The notes under the pieces were generated by a model. The model saw only the letters and a list, made by a program, of their open reading frames with translations. It was not told the DNA's origin and did no database searches. Below, piece after piece: positions 21,549 to 31,714 of a DNA stretch of 64,000 nt (position 1 is the stretch's first letter; every line of letters begins with the position of its first letter). Position numbers and translations under genes: made by a program. The stretch lies in the NCBI GenBank assembly GCA_963666345.1, contig OY762721.1:1312001-1376000 (forward strand), written 5' to 3'. Source of the stretch: Desulfatiglandales bacterium. Lineage in GTDB: Bacteria > Desulfobacterota > DSM-4660 > Desulfatiglandales > Desulfatiglandaceae.

Positions 21549-22062
21549 TTGTCAACCTGTTTATGACGACCTTCTTAAGCGGCCTGTCCTGGGAATCCGT
21601 ATTAACCGAACCGATCCGTCTTACCACTTCCATACCCTCCGTGACCTTACCGAAGACGGAGTGCCTGTCATCAAGGTGGGGTGTGGCATCCAGGGTCACG
21701 AAAAACTGACTGCCGTTGGTGCCGGGCCCCGCGTTTGCCATCGACAATATACCTTCGCCGTCATGCCTGAGTGAGGAGTCAAACTCATCGTCAAAATTAT
21801 AACCGGGACCGCCGGTCCCGTTTCCATCCGGACAGCCCCCCTGAATCATGAACTGATCGATCACCCTGTGAAAGATGAGCCCGTCATAAAATTTTCCACC
21901 CTTGATCGTGGTCTGCCTGCCTTCGGCAAGATTCACGAAATTCCAGACCGTATCAGGGCATTCCTTTGCATAAAGTTCAGCCTTAAAGGAACCCATGTTG
22001 GTATCAAAATTCGCGGTCAGTCTTTCAACATCTTCCGTGTAGTCGCTCTTTTTACCGATCAT
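21538..22062 (-). CDS. Cyclophilin peptidyl-prolyl isomerase
   Basis: FHRVI..FMIQGG, LSMANAGPGTNGSQFF, HLD..HSVFG. Confidence 0.95.
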   Translation of the reverse strand: MIGKKSDYTEDVERLTANFDTNMGSFKAELYAKECPDTVWNFVNLAEGRQTTIKGGKFYDGLIFHRVIDQFMIQGGCPDGNGTGGPGYNFDDEFDSSLRHDGEGILSMANAGPGTNGSQFFVTLDATPHLDDRHSVFGKVTEGMEVVRRIGSVNTDSQDRPLKKVVINRLTIER

Positions 22063-22446
22063 TATTTTCTCCTAATAGTTTTTTTGACCTGTCTTTATAA
22101 TCAAACTCATTTTAAATTCAAGCCGTTTTGTTTACACAAAAACCGTCAACGGACCCCCTGTCCATTTTTTATACCACGGTATGTCATCCCGCAAGCGCAG
22201 GTGCCGGGGCTCTTTTTTCAGGCCTTGTCTCACAAAAGAATACCACAGGCTGACGCAGTGGCCGCACACAGGGCTTTCCTCCCGGGAGCCCTGTCAGCCA
22301 AGGTAACGCCTGCAAAAGCCCATGGATGCGGGCACTTCTCCTTAAGAGATAGAGAAGGCCGGGTAAAAGAGTGCCGGCGGCGCAGCGATATCGTCGATGC
22401 CTTCCACTAGCACCCCCGGCCCCTTGACCCCTTAAATACGATCCTC

Positions 22447-23103
22447 CTAACGGCTGAAAAAGGGGTTGTGATCCTTTTCCCTTCCTACCGTGGAAACAGG
22501 CCCATGCCCCGGAAGCACAAGGGTATCATCAGGAAGGATGAACACCTTATTGCGGATATTTTCAAGAAGCAGCGGCATGTCTCCACCGGGAAAATCGGTA
22601 CGTCCTATGCTGCCCGCAAAAAGGGCGTCACCGCAGATCACCATATCTGCCGTCTTTCTTGAACCATTCAGATCCACTTCCCCTTTAAATACGAATGCCA
22701 GCCCGGCAGGCGAGTGTCCCCTGACATCGATCACCTTGAACTTGACACTTCCCACCTCTATTACATCACCTTCTTCAACGAATTGAGAAGCCTCTGATTT
22801 CCGGCTGGAAAAACCCCATTGAGCGGCCCTTTCAACAGCCTGGGAAAGGGCCGGAGCCTCATCCCTGTGTGTAACAATCGGTGCGCCCGTAGCCTCCTGC
22901 ATTTCGCTGTTTGCCCCGACATGATCCCAGTGGGTATGAGTGTTTACTATGTATTTTACCTTGAGTCCCTCATCTTTGAGGGCCTCCAGTATCTTGGCGG
23001 CATCTCCCCCCGGATCAAAGACCGCGGCCTCACCCGTATCCTCGTCCCCGACAATATAGCAGTTCACCATGAGTGGTCCTACCTCGAGCATCTTTAAGAT
23101 CAT
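22447..23103 (-). CDS. MBL-fold metallohydrolase (glyoxalase II-like)
   Basis: THTHWDH, GHSP, GDALF.GSIGRTD, PGHG. Confidence 0.92.
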   Translation of the reverse strand: MILKMLEVGPLMVNCYIVGDEDTGEAAVFDPGGDAAKILEALKDEGLKVKYIVNTHTHWDHVGANSEMQEATGAPIVTHRDEAPALSQAVERAAQWGFSSRKSEASQFVEEGDVIEVGSVKFKVIDVRGHSPAGLAFVFKGEVDLNGSRKTADMVICGDALFAGSIGRTDFPGGDMPLLLENIRNKVFILPDDTLVLPGHGPVSTVGREKDHNPFFSR

Positions 23104-23206
23104 ATATTCCCCTTTCCGTATCTGATGTGGATTTAAGCTATAATATTTGCATCGTTTCAGGCTTTTGCAACCGAAAATCCAACCGGTGCATTGTGAGGCG
23201 CCCTTA

Positions 23207-23929
23207 TCAACCCGGGAGATAATCCGTTCTGACGTTCTGGAGCGCGTGAAAGACGTTGCCTTTTGTCTTCCTGTTGGCCCTGTAGAACTTAACCAGCATC
23301 TGCTTTATCTCGTTTCTCTTTGAAGAGCCTGCCGTGGGGCAGTTGAGGCTTATCTTAGGCCACTGCATGGACCCGGCATATCTTGATATGACATCTTCAT
23401 CTACCATGTAAAGGGGCCTGATCACCGCAAGTCTACCGCCGAAGAATTCCTGCACAGGCAGCATCGTACTGATGGAGGCACCGTAGAACAGGTTCAGGAA
23501 GAATGTCTCTATCAGGTCGTCCTTGTGATGGCCGAAGGCGATTTTGCGGCACCCAAGCTCCCCTGCCGTCTCAAAAATGATCTTCCGCCTGAGCCTGGAG
23601 CAGAGAAAACAGGGGTTTTCCCTGTTCTCCGGGCTGTGGGCCTTAGGCCCTATATCGCTTTTGATAATCCTGTAATCGAACCGGTGGGTCTCAAAAAAAT
23701 CCTTGAGCCGACTTGAAGAGTCCGATCCGAAGCCCGGGTCCACATGGATGGCGGTGAGCCTGTAATCTATGGGTATCCGCCTTATCCTCTCTCTCAAAAG
23801 CCATAAAAGGGTCAGGCTGTCCTTTCCCCCTGATACCGCCACAAGCAGGTGATCACCGTCATGTATCATGTCATGTCTGTGAAGGGCCCGCCCCATGAGG
23901 CGTTTGAGTTCTTTGGCGACATATCCCAA
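23207..23929 (-). CDS. ttcA: tRNA 2-thiocytidine biosynthesis TtcA-family protein
   Basis: SGGKDS, CFLCSRLRR, GHHKDD, IRPL. Confidence 0.85.
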   Translation of the reverse strand: MGYVAKELKRLMGRALHRHDMIHDGDHLLVAVSGGKDSLTLLWLLRERIRRIPIDYRLTAIHVDPGFGSDSSSRLKDFFETHRFDYRIIKSDIGPKAHSPENRENPCFLCSRLRRKIIFETAGELGCRKIAFGHHKDDLIETFFLNLFYGASISTMLPVQEFFGGRLAVIRPLYMVDEDVISRYAGSMQWPKISLNCPTAGSSKRNEIKQMLVKFYRANRKTKGNVFHALQNVRTDYLPG

Positions 23930-23941
23930 GGCGATTATCTC

Positions 23942-24595
23942 CTATCTGCGTTCCCCGAAAAGCCTTGTTCCTATCCGCACCAGATTCGCCCCTTCTTCAA
24001 CGGCGATCCCGTAGGAATTGGACATCCCCATGGAAAGATATCTCATATCAACGCCCGAAATACTCAACCCCCTGATCTTTTCAAAGATAGCCCTTGTCCT
24101 GACGAAATAGGGACGCGCCTGTTCAGGATCACCGGCATAGGGCCCCATGGTCATAAGACCCTCTATCTTTATACCCTTTAGACCGGCGATCTCCCTTATG
24201 AAGGATACGGCATCAGCCGGCATTACACCCGCCTTCTGGTCTTCTTCACCGCTGTTTATCTCCACGAGCACCGGCATTATCCTGCCCGAGCTCAGGCAGG
24301 CCTTATCCAGTGCCTTGGCAAGTTTCATGGAATCAAGGGTCTCTATCATATCAAAGAGTTGAACGGCCTTTCTGGCCTTGTTGGACTGAAGATGCCCTAT
24401 CATGTGCACCCTGGCCCTGGCTGCGATCGTCTCAAAATCCTTTTCAGCCTCCTGGACATAGTTATGTCCCACCATCTTTATCCCCGCCTCAATCGCCTCA
24501 ATCACCTCTTCGGTCGACCTCGTCTTGGCGGCCGCCACAAGCCCCACCCCTCTGGGCAGCATGGACAAAATCTCTCTTACGTTTTCTTTTATCAT
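23942..24595 (-). CDS. yggS: PLP homeostasis protein
   Basis: HMIGHLQSNK, GLMTM, LSMGMS, VRIGT. Confidence 0.93.
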   Translation of the reverse strand: MIKENVREILSMLPRGVGLVAAAKTRSTEEVIEAIEAGIKMVGHNYVQEAEKDFETIAARARVHMIGHLQSNKARKAVQLFDMIETLDSMKLAKALDKACLSSGRIMPVLVEINSGEEDQKAGVMPADAVSFIREIAGLKGIKIEGLMTMGPYAGDPEQARPYFVRTRAIFEKIRGLSISGVDMRYLSMGMSNSYGIAVEEGANLVRIGTRLFGERR

Positions 24596-24829
24596 GGAAT
24601 ACCTCCGGATGATATCTTGATACTTTAAATCTCCTTACCTGTAAAGTGCCTCATTAAATATCCGCAATGAACTCCGCATTCAGGGAAACTCGGTGCAACA
24701 GGCGGCCTGACATCCGGTCGGAACTGAAGATTATTTCCCGACCGTAGAGGAACCGGTCCGTGCCGGATATTGATATTCAGGCCGGTCCATGATAGTTTAG
24801 GTAAAAAGATTTTTTTGGAGGGTTTCAAG

Positions 24830-25264
24830 ATGACTCATGAAGACAAAGGGCATTTCAGCAAAAAACACCCTGAAGGGCTGGAAATCATACCCGAGATTGC
24901 CGAGGCGATAAAACAGAAGGCATCCGACGGCACCATAACATGCGCCGCGGCCCACGGTATCGCAAAGGAACTGAACCGGCCTCCTTCCCTGGTCGGCATG
25001 AATATAGATTTTCTGGAGTTGTCCCTCTCAAAATGCCAGCTCGGACTTTATGGATACGGCCCTGGGAAAAGGATAGTCAAACCGGCTGAAACGGTCTCAG
25101 ATGAGCTTGAGACCGCCATAAGGGATTCTATTGTCGACGGCAGGGTCCCATGCATCTCTTTGTGGAATATAGCTGAAAGGTTCGGGATAAAAAAAATGGA
25201 TGCGTCATCGGCCTGCGACGCCCTCAAGATAAAGATAAAGCCCTGTCAGCTTGGGGCCTTTTAG
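24830..25264 (+). CDS. Hypothetical protein with duplicated CQLG motif
   Basis: C..AH...KCQLGLY / C...KPCQLGAF; GGAGG RBS before ATG 24830. Confidence 0.75.
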   Translation: MTHEDKGHFSKKHPEGLEIIPEIAEAIKQKASDGTITCAAAHGIAKELNRPPSLVGMNIDFLELSLSKCQLGLYGYGPGKRIVKPAETVSDELETAIRDSIVDGRVPCISLWNIAERFGIKKMDASSACDALKIKIKPCQLGAF

Positions 25265-25290
25265 CCCGCCTCACAAACCGGATAATGCAT

Positions 25291-25326
25291 AAAAAAAGGC
25301 CGACAACCAATTTGTCGGCCTTTTTT
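25291..25326. terminator. Bidirectional intrinsic terminator
   Basis: A7-GGCCGACAA-loop-TTGTCGGCC-T6 between convergent genes. Confidence 0.8.
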
Positions 25327-25351
25327 GAAAATTATTCCTAAAACTCAAACA

Positions 25352-25666
25352 TCAGCAGCTACATGACTGCCCACATGAGCCCCCCTGCGGAAGAGAGGAG
25401 CTTATCTGAAATCCTGCGCCGAATGCTGAGTTCACGTAATCCACTTTTATCGGCTTTACCTTGTTATAAAGGTCTTTTTCCACAAGATAGGAAAGCCCCA
25501 TGGAATCAAATACCTCATCTGTTTCTTTTGGCTCATCCAGAACCATGCCCAGGCTGGGCCCGGATCACCCGCCTTGGGAAAGCATGATCCGGATATGAGG
25601 TATTTCCTCTTTCTCCTTGAGAAACTCCTTGATCATCTCACTGGCCTTTTCTGTCACTTCAAACAT
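25352..25666 (-). CDS. HesB/IscA-like selenoprotein (UGA at codon 34)
   Basis: MFEVTEKA...IRIMLSQGG-TGA(25565-25567)-SGPSLGMVLDEP...GSCGQSCSC; GGAGG RBS. Confidence 0.9.
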
Positions 25667-25941
25667 GTTAGATTCCTCCAATCTATGCTATTTGGCTATA
25701 GGAAATGAAGTTATACATGATTATCATGTTGTCAACTAATTGTTTTTGACCGGCCGGAGATGACTCAGTTTTTTTGTCCTGTTCTTTTTCACCCTGAATA
25801 CCGGCGCTCGAGCATCGGCACTATTTTTTCCGCCTTATCAAATAAAATGATTCAGGGACCAGGGAGAAAAATCCGTTTTAGCGATTAATACCAAATTTCC
25901 TTGTTTTTTCAGGTCTTCTATGACACATGCCGCACGCCTCA

Positions 25942-26271
25942 TTACGCCTCTAATAATCGTCGCTGCAGAAGGGTTTGCATGTCACGACGGCCATCTGCAA
26001 TCAGCAGAACATAGACCTTCTTATCCATGACCCGGTAAATGATACGATAAGGTTTGAAAAAGATCTCGCGGTATTCTCTGATCCCCAGTTTCAGAAGTTC
26101 TTCTGGATAGATACCCCGCTCGGGGAATTCGGACAACATGGACAAGGTTTTCTCAATCCGTTCTAAAACACAGTCCGCTTTTCGAGGCGAATCATGCACG
26201 GCAATGTAATCATAAAGCTCATTGAGATCGCGTTCTGAGTCTCTGGTCAGCAGGACCGCGAACGGCATCAC
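25942..26271 (-). CDS. RelE/ParE-family toxin
   Basis: DL.E.YDYIA...P, L..FPERG, YRE, YRIIY, DGRRD; overlaps the antitoxin stop. Confidence 0.9.
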   Translation of the reverse strand: MMPFAVLLTRDSERDLNELYDYIAVHDSPRKADCVLERIEKTLSMLSEFPERGIYPEELLKLGIREYREIFFKPYRIIYRVMDKKVYVLLIADGRRDMQTLLQRRLLEA

Positions 26272-26543
26272 CGATTCTCGCGCCGTTCGCGAAGGCCATT
26301 GATCACACCCTCAGCCGGTAAAACCTTGCCTTCCTCAATCTGACGTACTCCGAGTGACAGAATTTTAAGGAGAGCAATAGTCTGCTGGGTCTGCTCATAG
26401 CTCTCGATGTCTTGTATGACCACCTTGGCTTCGCCGTTCTGGGTGATGACAAGCGGCTCTTGCTGTCTGGAAAGGTTTCTTACAATTTCAGCGGCATGGG
26501 CCTTCAGGTAGCTGATGGGCCTGATCTGGTTTGAATATTTCAT
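26268..26543 (-). CDS. Phd/YefM-family antitoxin
   Basis: IRPISYLKA.A, PLVITQNGEAK; AAGGAGG RBS before ATG 26543. Confidence 0.9.
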   Translation of the reverse strand: MKYSNQIRPISYLKAHAAEIVRNLSRQQEPLVITQNGEAKVVIQDIESYEQTQQTIALLKILSLGVRQIEEGKVLPAEGVINGLRERRENR

Positions 26544-26716
26544 GAGGGTACCTCCTTCTCTGGCAGGACTTAATATAGTCCATAAACAGGTCATATGTCA
26601 AACCTCAAAAAAGGTATACCCGGCACTTGTGGATCAGGGGTCACGCAAAGGCGTGACTTTGCAAACACCCGGCAGGGGGGTGTAATTCCACCCCGCTGGT
26701 TCTCTGCCATGCCCGT

Positions 26717-26785
26717 CACACATGCTTCGCATAACCGGACGGCAATGGAGCGAAGCGCAGGTCCGTGTTGATGCGGCTGTCAGCA
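26717..26785 (-). other. Degenerate attC-like site
   Basis: CGCATAACCGGAC...GTCCGTGTTGATGCG stem with bulges; core boxes decayed (GTCAGC). Confidence 0.45.
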
Positions 26786-26995
26786 ATCTGCTGAAAATCC
26801 TTCGTGAAACAGGACAGTGCCTTGAGGTATTTTACTCTTTCAACAATACTGCCGGCAGTGCCGTGCTTTTCAATGCCGAATTGCTCCCCCACCCCTGTTT
26901 CAGGGTATCATTTCGTAAACGTCTCAGAAGACAAGGGCATTTCCATGGGCATACGTGAAAAGTTAATTCTCTAATATTATCTGCGAACTTGTTTT

Positions 26996-28198
26996 TTATT
27001 CGTAATTATTCAGGGCATTACAGATTCGTTTCATGCCTTCGGCCGCTACACTCCTCGGACATGCCAGATTGAGCCTGATGTAACCATCCGAATTGGAAAC
27101 AAACATGTTTCCGCCTTCCAACAGTACGCCGGCGCGGTTGGCAAAAAACAGGCAGTAGTCCTCTGATGCGGGTAAATATTCTTCGATGTTGACCCAGGCC
27201 AGGTAGGTGGCTTCAGAAACACGGTATCCGGCCCTGGGCAGGTGTTCCGGAAGATACCGCCGCACAAACTCGAAATTGCCGTCCAGATAGTCCTTCAACC
27301 GGGCCAGCCATTCGCCCCCGTGGGTATAAGCGGCCTGAGCGGCTGCCACGCTGAGCGGATTTTCAAGGCCGTAATGTCTTGCCTTCCATGTCTTTCTCAA
27401 GCCGTCGCTCGGGATGATGACGTTTGAGATCATCATCCCCGCCATATTAAAGGTCTTACTGGGGGCCATGCAGGTGATGACGCGATCCGTCTCTGGAAAC
27501 AGCTTTGCAAGGGGTATATGAGTCATACCGTTACGCAGCAGATCGCAGTGGATTTCATCGGATATGATCCATACGTCGTTGGTCAGGCAGATTTCGCCCA
27601 TTTTTTTCAGTTCATCCTTTGTCCAGACACGTCCGGTAGGATTATGAGGGCTGCAGAAGATACACACCCGTACCTTTTCGTCCCGGGCAAGACGTTCGAA
27701 TTCCTCAAAATTCATGGTATAGCGGCCGTTTTCCTCTATCAGGTAAGAAGAGACCAGCTCGATATCGTTGTAGTCGGCGGCGTTTTTGAAATAGGCATAA
27801 GACGGAGTGAATATTATCACCTTGTCATCAGGCCTGCAGATGTATTCCACCAGTTCATACAAAGCCGGGATTATGCCGTTTGATGTTACGAGGGTGTCAG
27901 GGTCAAATTCCCAGCCGTACATTTTTTTCGACCAGGTGAGAAAAGCTTCTGTATATGCAGGGTCAAAAATTTTAGTATAGCCGAAGATCCTGCGGTCCAG
28001 CCGTTCCTTGACGGCCCGGATGATCTCCGGAGGTGTAGCAAGCTCCATATCCGCCACCCACATACGAATGAATTCCTCATCCTTAAACGGAAACTCCATT
28101 GTTGGAGGGGCTTTTAAGAGAGAATCCCTGAAGCCGTCCATGCTTAATGCATTGGTATTTCTGCGGTCTATGATTTCATCGAAATTGTATTTTACCAT
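26996..28198 (-). CDS. MalY/PatB-family PLP C-S lyase/aminotransferase
   Basis: MWVADM, CSPHNPTGRVW, ISDEIH, APSKTFN, RLNLAC. Confidence 0.92.
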   Translation of the reverse strand: MVKYNFDEIIDRRNTNALSMDGFRDSLLKAPPTMEFPFKDEEFIRMWVADMELATPPEIIRAVKERLDRRIFGYTKIFDPAYTEAFLTWSKKMYGWEFDPDTLVTSNGIIPALYELVEYICRPDDKVIIFTPSYAYFKNAADYNDIELVSSYLIEENGRYTMNFEEFERLARDEKVRVCIFCSPHNPTGRVWTKDELKKMGEICLTNDVWIISDEIHCDLLRNGMTHIPLAKLFPETDRVITCMAPSKTFNMAGMMISNVIIPSDGLRKTWKARHYGLENPLSVAAAQAAYTHGGEWLARLKDYLDGNFEFVRRYLPEHLPRAGYRVSEATYLAWVNIEEYLPASEDYCLFFANRAGVLLEGGNMFVSNSDGYIRLNLACPRSVAAEGMKRICNALNNYE

Positions 28199-28633
28199 AA
28201 TATCTTCTCTCTTTAATCATATGCAGAGCCTGATCCCTTCATCTTTTTATGTTTGAGCAAGTAATTCCCTCGCATTCCAAGATTGATGTTGAAATGACCT
28301 ACATGCCTTTCGCACAATACATCCTGACTGGATTGACAGATGAACCCATCGTTATGAGCAAGACATTAGAGCACTAAACTCATCACTGCCGGTAAAGGGT
28401 CGGCATGATTCTTCAATTTGAAAAAAATATTCAGATATCCGGATATTGGTAGTGATCCCCCTCTTCTGGAAGAAATTGAATCATGTAGGGAATCGCAGGC
28501 ACCCATTAAAGACATCTAATGAGTTCTCCCCACAGCCGGCTTCGGAGTTTACAGGCGCATTGCAAAAAGGAGGCATCGTAAGCGTATGTGTTAAATCTGG
28601 CTGACTTGTTATTACGGTCGAGCGGAATAGCAA

Positions 28634-28990
28634 TCAATGTTCAGTGCCATGCTGGGCCCTGGATTCAGCCAGGCTGATCTTATGGGGCGCAATCGGCTTG
28701 ATATTCTTGAGTTCATCTGTCTCAGATTCATGAGCAAAATACAGATCCCACCTAAGCTGCAGATTCATCCAAAATTCTGCAGAAACACCAAAAAATCTGG
28801 AAAGTCTTAACGCGGTGCTCGGAGTTATCCCGCGCCTACCATTAACAACCTCGTTTATCCGCTGATAGGGCACATGAATTGCGTCAGCTAATTCACGCTG
28901 AGTGAGCCCCATTGGCTTTAAAAATTCCTCCATAAGCATCTCACCGGGATGTGTAGGTGCTCTATGGGTTGGTATACGAATCATTTTCAA
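28634..28990 (-). CDS. higA: HigA antitoxin
   Basis: HPGE.L.EEFL, ALRL..FFG.SAEFW.NLQ. Confidence 0.92.
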   Translation of the reverse strand: MKMIRIPTHRAPTHPGEMLMEEFLKPMGLTQRELADAIHVPYQRINEVVNGRRGITPSTALRLSRFFGVSAEFWMNLQLRWDLYFAHESETDELKNIKPIAPHKISLAESRAQHGTEH

Positions 28991-29003
28991 TTCTCCTTAA
29001 AAT

Positions 29004-29297
29004 TTAATGGTAATCAGTAATCTCAACATTATCCGGACCAGTTTCAGTCCATTTGAAACAGATCCTGAACCGATCGTTTATTCGGATACTAAATTGGCCC
29101 TTCCTTTTTCCAGAGAGAGTCTCCAGCCTGTTTCCAGGCGGCACTCGAAGTTCATCAAGAAACAGAATGGAATCGAGCTGGTCAAGTTTTCTTGAGGCTA
29201 TTTTCCAGACTGTCTTAGGGCAGACTCTCATCGCGGCTTTACTTGACTTTCCGTTAAAAATATCCTCTGAGCCTTTATTATTGAAGGACTTTATCAT
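29004..29297 (-). CDS. higB: HigB toxin
   Basis: MIKSF, LRVPPGNRLE.L.G.RKGQ.SIRIN, DYH. Confidence 0.92.
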   Translation of the reverse strand: MIKSFNNKGSEDIFNGKSSKAAMRVCPKTVWKIASRKLDQLDSILFLDELRVPPGNRLETLSGKRKGQFSIRINDRFRICFKWTETGPDNVEITDYH

Positions 29298-29344
29298 GGA
29301 ATCACAATATCACGGTCACCATGCTATATCAATATAATTCATCC

Positions 29345-29475
29345 TGGTAATATAGACGACCAATCCGGTTTTACAGGTATCAAGCCCCTATGGCCCCGGC
29401 CCTTAGTTCCGTAATGGATTCTTCCCGATACAGATTACCCTTGTCCAACGTAAAGTCGATCATTTCATCATTCAT
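29345..29475 (-). pseudogene. Truncated/frameshifted hypothetical gene
   Basis: MNDEMIDFTLDKGNLYREESITEL..., then frameshift to LIPVKPD and loss of the rest; RBS present. Confidence 0.45.
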
Positions 29476-29493
29476 CTACTTCTCCTTTTTCTG

Positions 29494-30189
29494 TCATAAA
29501 TCACATTTAGCAGGCGGGCTGCCTTTAAGGGAGTTGATCGCCCCGGGTTTGCGGGGCGTATCCTTGAACAGATACTTCGAAAGCATGTCGGCCAGCCCGG
29601 AGATGAGCCGCTCCGGCTGCACCGGCGGCCGGGAGATGGTGATCATGTGTACCACCTCCTCCATGGCCAGGCTCACGATGACGGCCGCGGCCTCGACGTC
29701 CTCCACCCGGAGCTTGTCCCGGTAACGGTGGAACCAGCCGACCACCAGCTTCATGTTTTCCTTTTTATACTCGGCGGTCACGGCGGCCACATCCGGATCG
29801 GTAAGCTCCATGGCCGTTGCCTCGCGGTGAAACTCGGGCGACAGGTAGTGCGCGGCCAGGACCGCTTCGATCATTTCCCGCATCCCTTCGCTATGGAATT
29901 TCCCCTGCCTTTCGAGTTCCCGCTGCCTGAGCTCGATGACCTCCGTTACTTCAGTGACATGCCTGCGCATGACCTCAAGGAAGAGCTCTTTCTTGTCCGT
30001 GAAGTAATTGTAGAACGTGCCGATGGAGACTCCGGCCTCGGCCGCGATTTCCTTGGAGTTCGTCCCGTGAAATCCCTTTTGGGCGTAAATGCGCAGTGCC
30101 GCCTCCAGGATGCTTTCCCGGGTGACCAGGCTGCGTTGCTGTTTCGTCTTCCGGCCGCGTTTGTTTTGATTCGATTCCGAAGCGCTCAT
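29494..30189 (-). CDS. TetR-family regulator
   Basis: ILEAA...GF.GT...IA.EAGVSIGTFY.YF.DK. Confidence 0.93.
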   Translation of the reverse strand: MSASESNQNKRGRKTKQQRSLVTRESILEAALRIYAQKGFHGTNSKEIAAEAGVSIGTFYNYFTDKKELFLEVMRRHVTEVTEVIELRQRELERQGKFHSEGMREMIEAVLAAHYLSPEFHREATAMELTDPDVAAVTAEYKKENMKLVVGWFHRYRDKLRVEDVEAAAVIVSLAMEEVVHMITISRPPVQPERLISGLADMLSKYLFKDTPRKPGAINSLKGSPPAKCDL

Positions 30190-30201
30190 ATCAGGCCCAG
30201 C

Positions 30202-30783
30202 TTATGATTTTGTCAGGAGCATGGAATAACTCATGGCCGCCTTGGGGCCTTCCCCGACCGTGAATCCGGCGTCGCGGGCGGCCTGTTTCTCCCGCTCAAA
30301 TTCCCTTGCCGAGAAATGCCCTTTGGGTTCCAGGACCAGAAAACGGGCGCATGGTTTAAGCTGCTCGTAGACGTCCTGGAAAAAAGCCGGGATATCGGGC
30401 ACTTCATGCACCATCCAGCAGGCCAGGGCAAAATCAGCCTGCGTTGAAATGTCCAGGTTTTTGGAGCTGCATCTAAGCGCACGGATCCTCTCACCCAGGC
30501 CGCGTTTGCGGGCCCTTTTGGAAAGAATACTCAGCATCTGCCCCTGCAGATCGACCGAGGTTACGCGGCCCTTTTCTCCCACCATTTCGGCCATGGCAAG
30601 GGAGAAAAATCCCATGCCGCAGCCCAGGTCCAGGACATGCATGTCCTCTTTGACGTACGGGCCGACGATCCTGCGCGGATCGTGAATCAGCCTGCGTAGC
30701 CAGTTGTCAAAGAAATAGCCCTTCCACCAGGTGCACACCGAGTGGTTGCATGGTTCGATCAGGGTTGCCTGCTGTGCGTTCAT
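30202..30783 (-). CDS. Class I SAM methyltransferase
   Basis: VLDLGCGMG, VD.Q..ML, HE.PD. Confidence 0.9.
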   Translation of the reverse strand: MNAQQATLIEPCNHSVCTWWKGYFFDNWLRRLIHDPRRIVGPYVKEDMHVLDLGCGMGFFSLAMAEMVGEKGRVTSVDLQGQMLSILSKRARKRGLGERIRALRCSSKNLDISTQADFALACWMVHEVPDIPAFFQDVYEQLKPCARFLVLEPKGHFSAREFEREKQAARDAGFTVGEGPKAAMSYSMLLTKS

Positions 30784-30815
30784 ATCTCTCTCCTTTGTAA
30801 AGCGTTGTTTCTAAG

Positions 30816-30867
30816 AAAATATGAACTATAGTTCACCTTGTCAACAAAAAAAATGAACTAGAGTTCA
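30816..30867 (-). promoter_or_regulatory. Sigma70 promoter with two palindromic operators (probably for the TetR)
   Basis: TTGACA-17-TATTTT on minus strand; TGAACTATAGTTCA 30822-30835 and TGAACTAGAGTTCA 30854-30867. Confidence 0.75.
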
Positions 30868-31423
30868 GTTTTGTATTAAATAAATTGTAACAGGCTGAGA
30901 TATTTCAGGAAATAACCGACAAAGATGAGCGGGGACTGATGTGTACTTGGCACTTTTGCACTTGGGGTCGGGTGCACTTGGGGTCGGGCCATGACAACCT
31001 ATTGATTACACATGATAATCATTCCAAAAATAGCGGTTTACGAGGCCTATATCGCCGTTTTTAGCCCCAAAATTGACGATATAGGGAGTTACCGGCTCCC
31101 GAAGCTCATATCCATTTCCGGATTGTCTTACTTTTCTGCCAATTGCGGCTCCAAGCAAAAGCGATTTTAAATTTTCAACAAAGGTCTTGCTTCCTACACC
31201 TATGCTATCGGTCCATTTTTCATCTCTCTTAGTTTCTGTGCTTCCAATTGACTCCTCTATCCACTCCTTGTAGTGATTCCTCATTGCTTCATAAGAGTTT
31301 ATTCCAAGCAAGGCCCTCAACTTATCGTATTTTATCAACACATTTTTCTTTTTCGGCTTCTGTATTTCATTGTAACCGCAAAAAGGCCACATTGAAGGGT
31401 GCGTCACTACACCAGCTCTTACC

Positions 31424-31714
31424 ATATTTACCCTGTTAAATAAGATTTTAGCCTTCTTTTTATAAACATTTTACCATGGTGTGTTTTGAGATATTTCTCT
31501 CTTCTGGTTGCGTCCTCTTGGTTAAGGCACGCTTCATAATAAATGAGTCTAAGAGGTCTTCGATCTCGCGTTGAATCTACCAATCCCTTACCGTGCTGTT
31601 CAAATCTTAGTTTGAGATCTTTTATAAATCCAGTGTAGAATTTATCATCATATTCACTTTGCAAAACGTAAACGTAGTACATATTATTCTCAAACTATTT
31701 AACAGGGTGAATAT
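31424..31714. mobile_element. GIY-YIG mini-element with 18-bp terminal IRs
   Basis: ATATTTACCCTGTTAAAT 31424-31441 / ATTTAACAGGGTGAATAT 31697-31714 (one mismatch). Confidence 0.75.
31428..31682 (-). CDS. Small GIY-YIG nuclease
   Basis: YYVYVL, FYTG, RF.QH, A..RE.YLK. Confidence 0.9.
   Translation of the reverse strand: MYYVYVLQSEYDDKFYTGFIKDLKLRFEQHGKGLVDSTRDRRPLRLIYYEACLNQEDATRREKYLKTHHGKMFIKRRLKSYLTG

Noticed and set aside
28510..28635. Possible attC downstream of higA
   Set aside because: Only a weak CAGCCGG/CTGGCTG pairing; no convincing core or L boxes.
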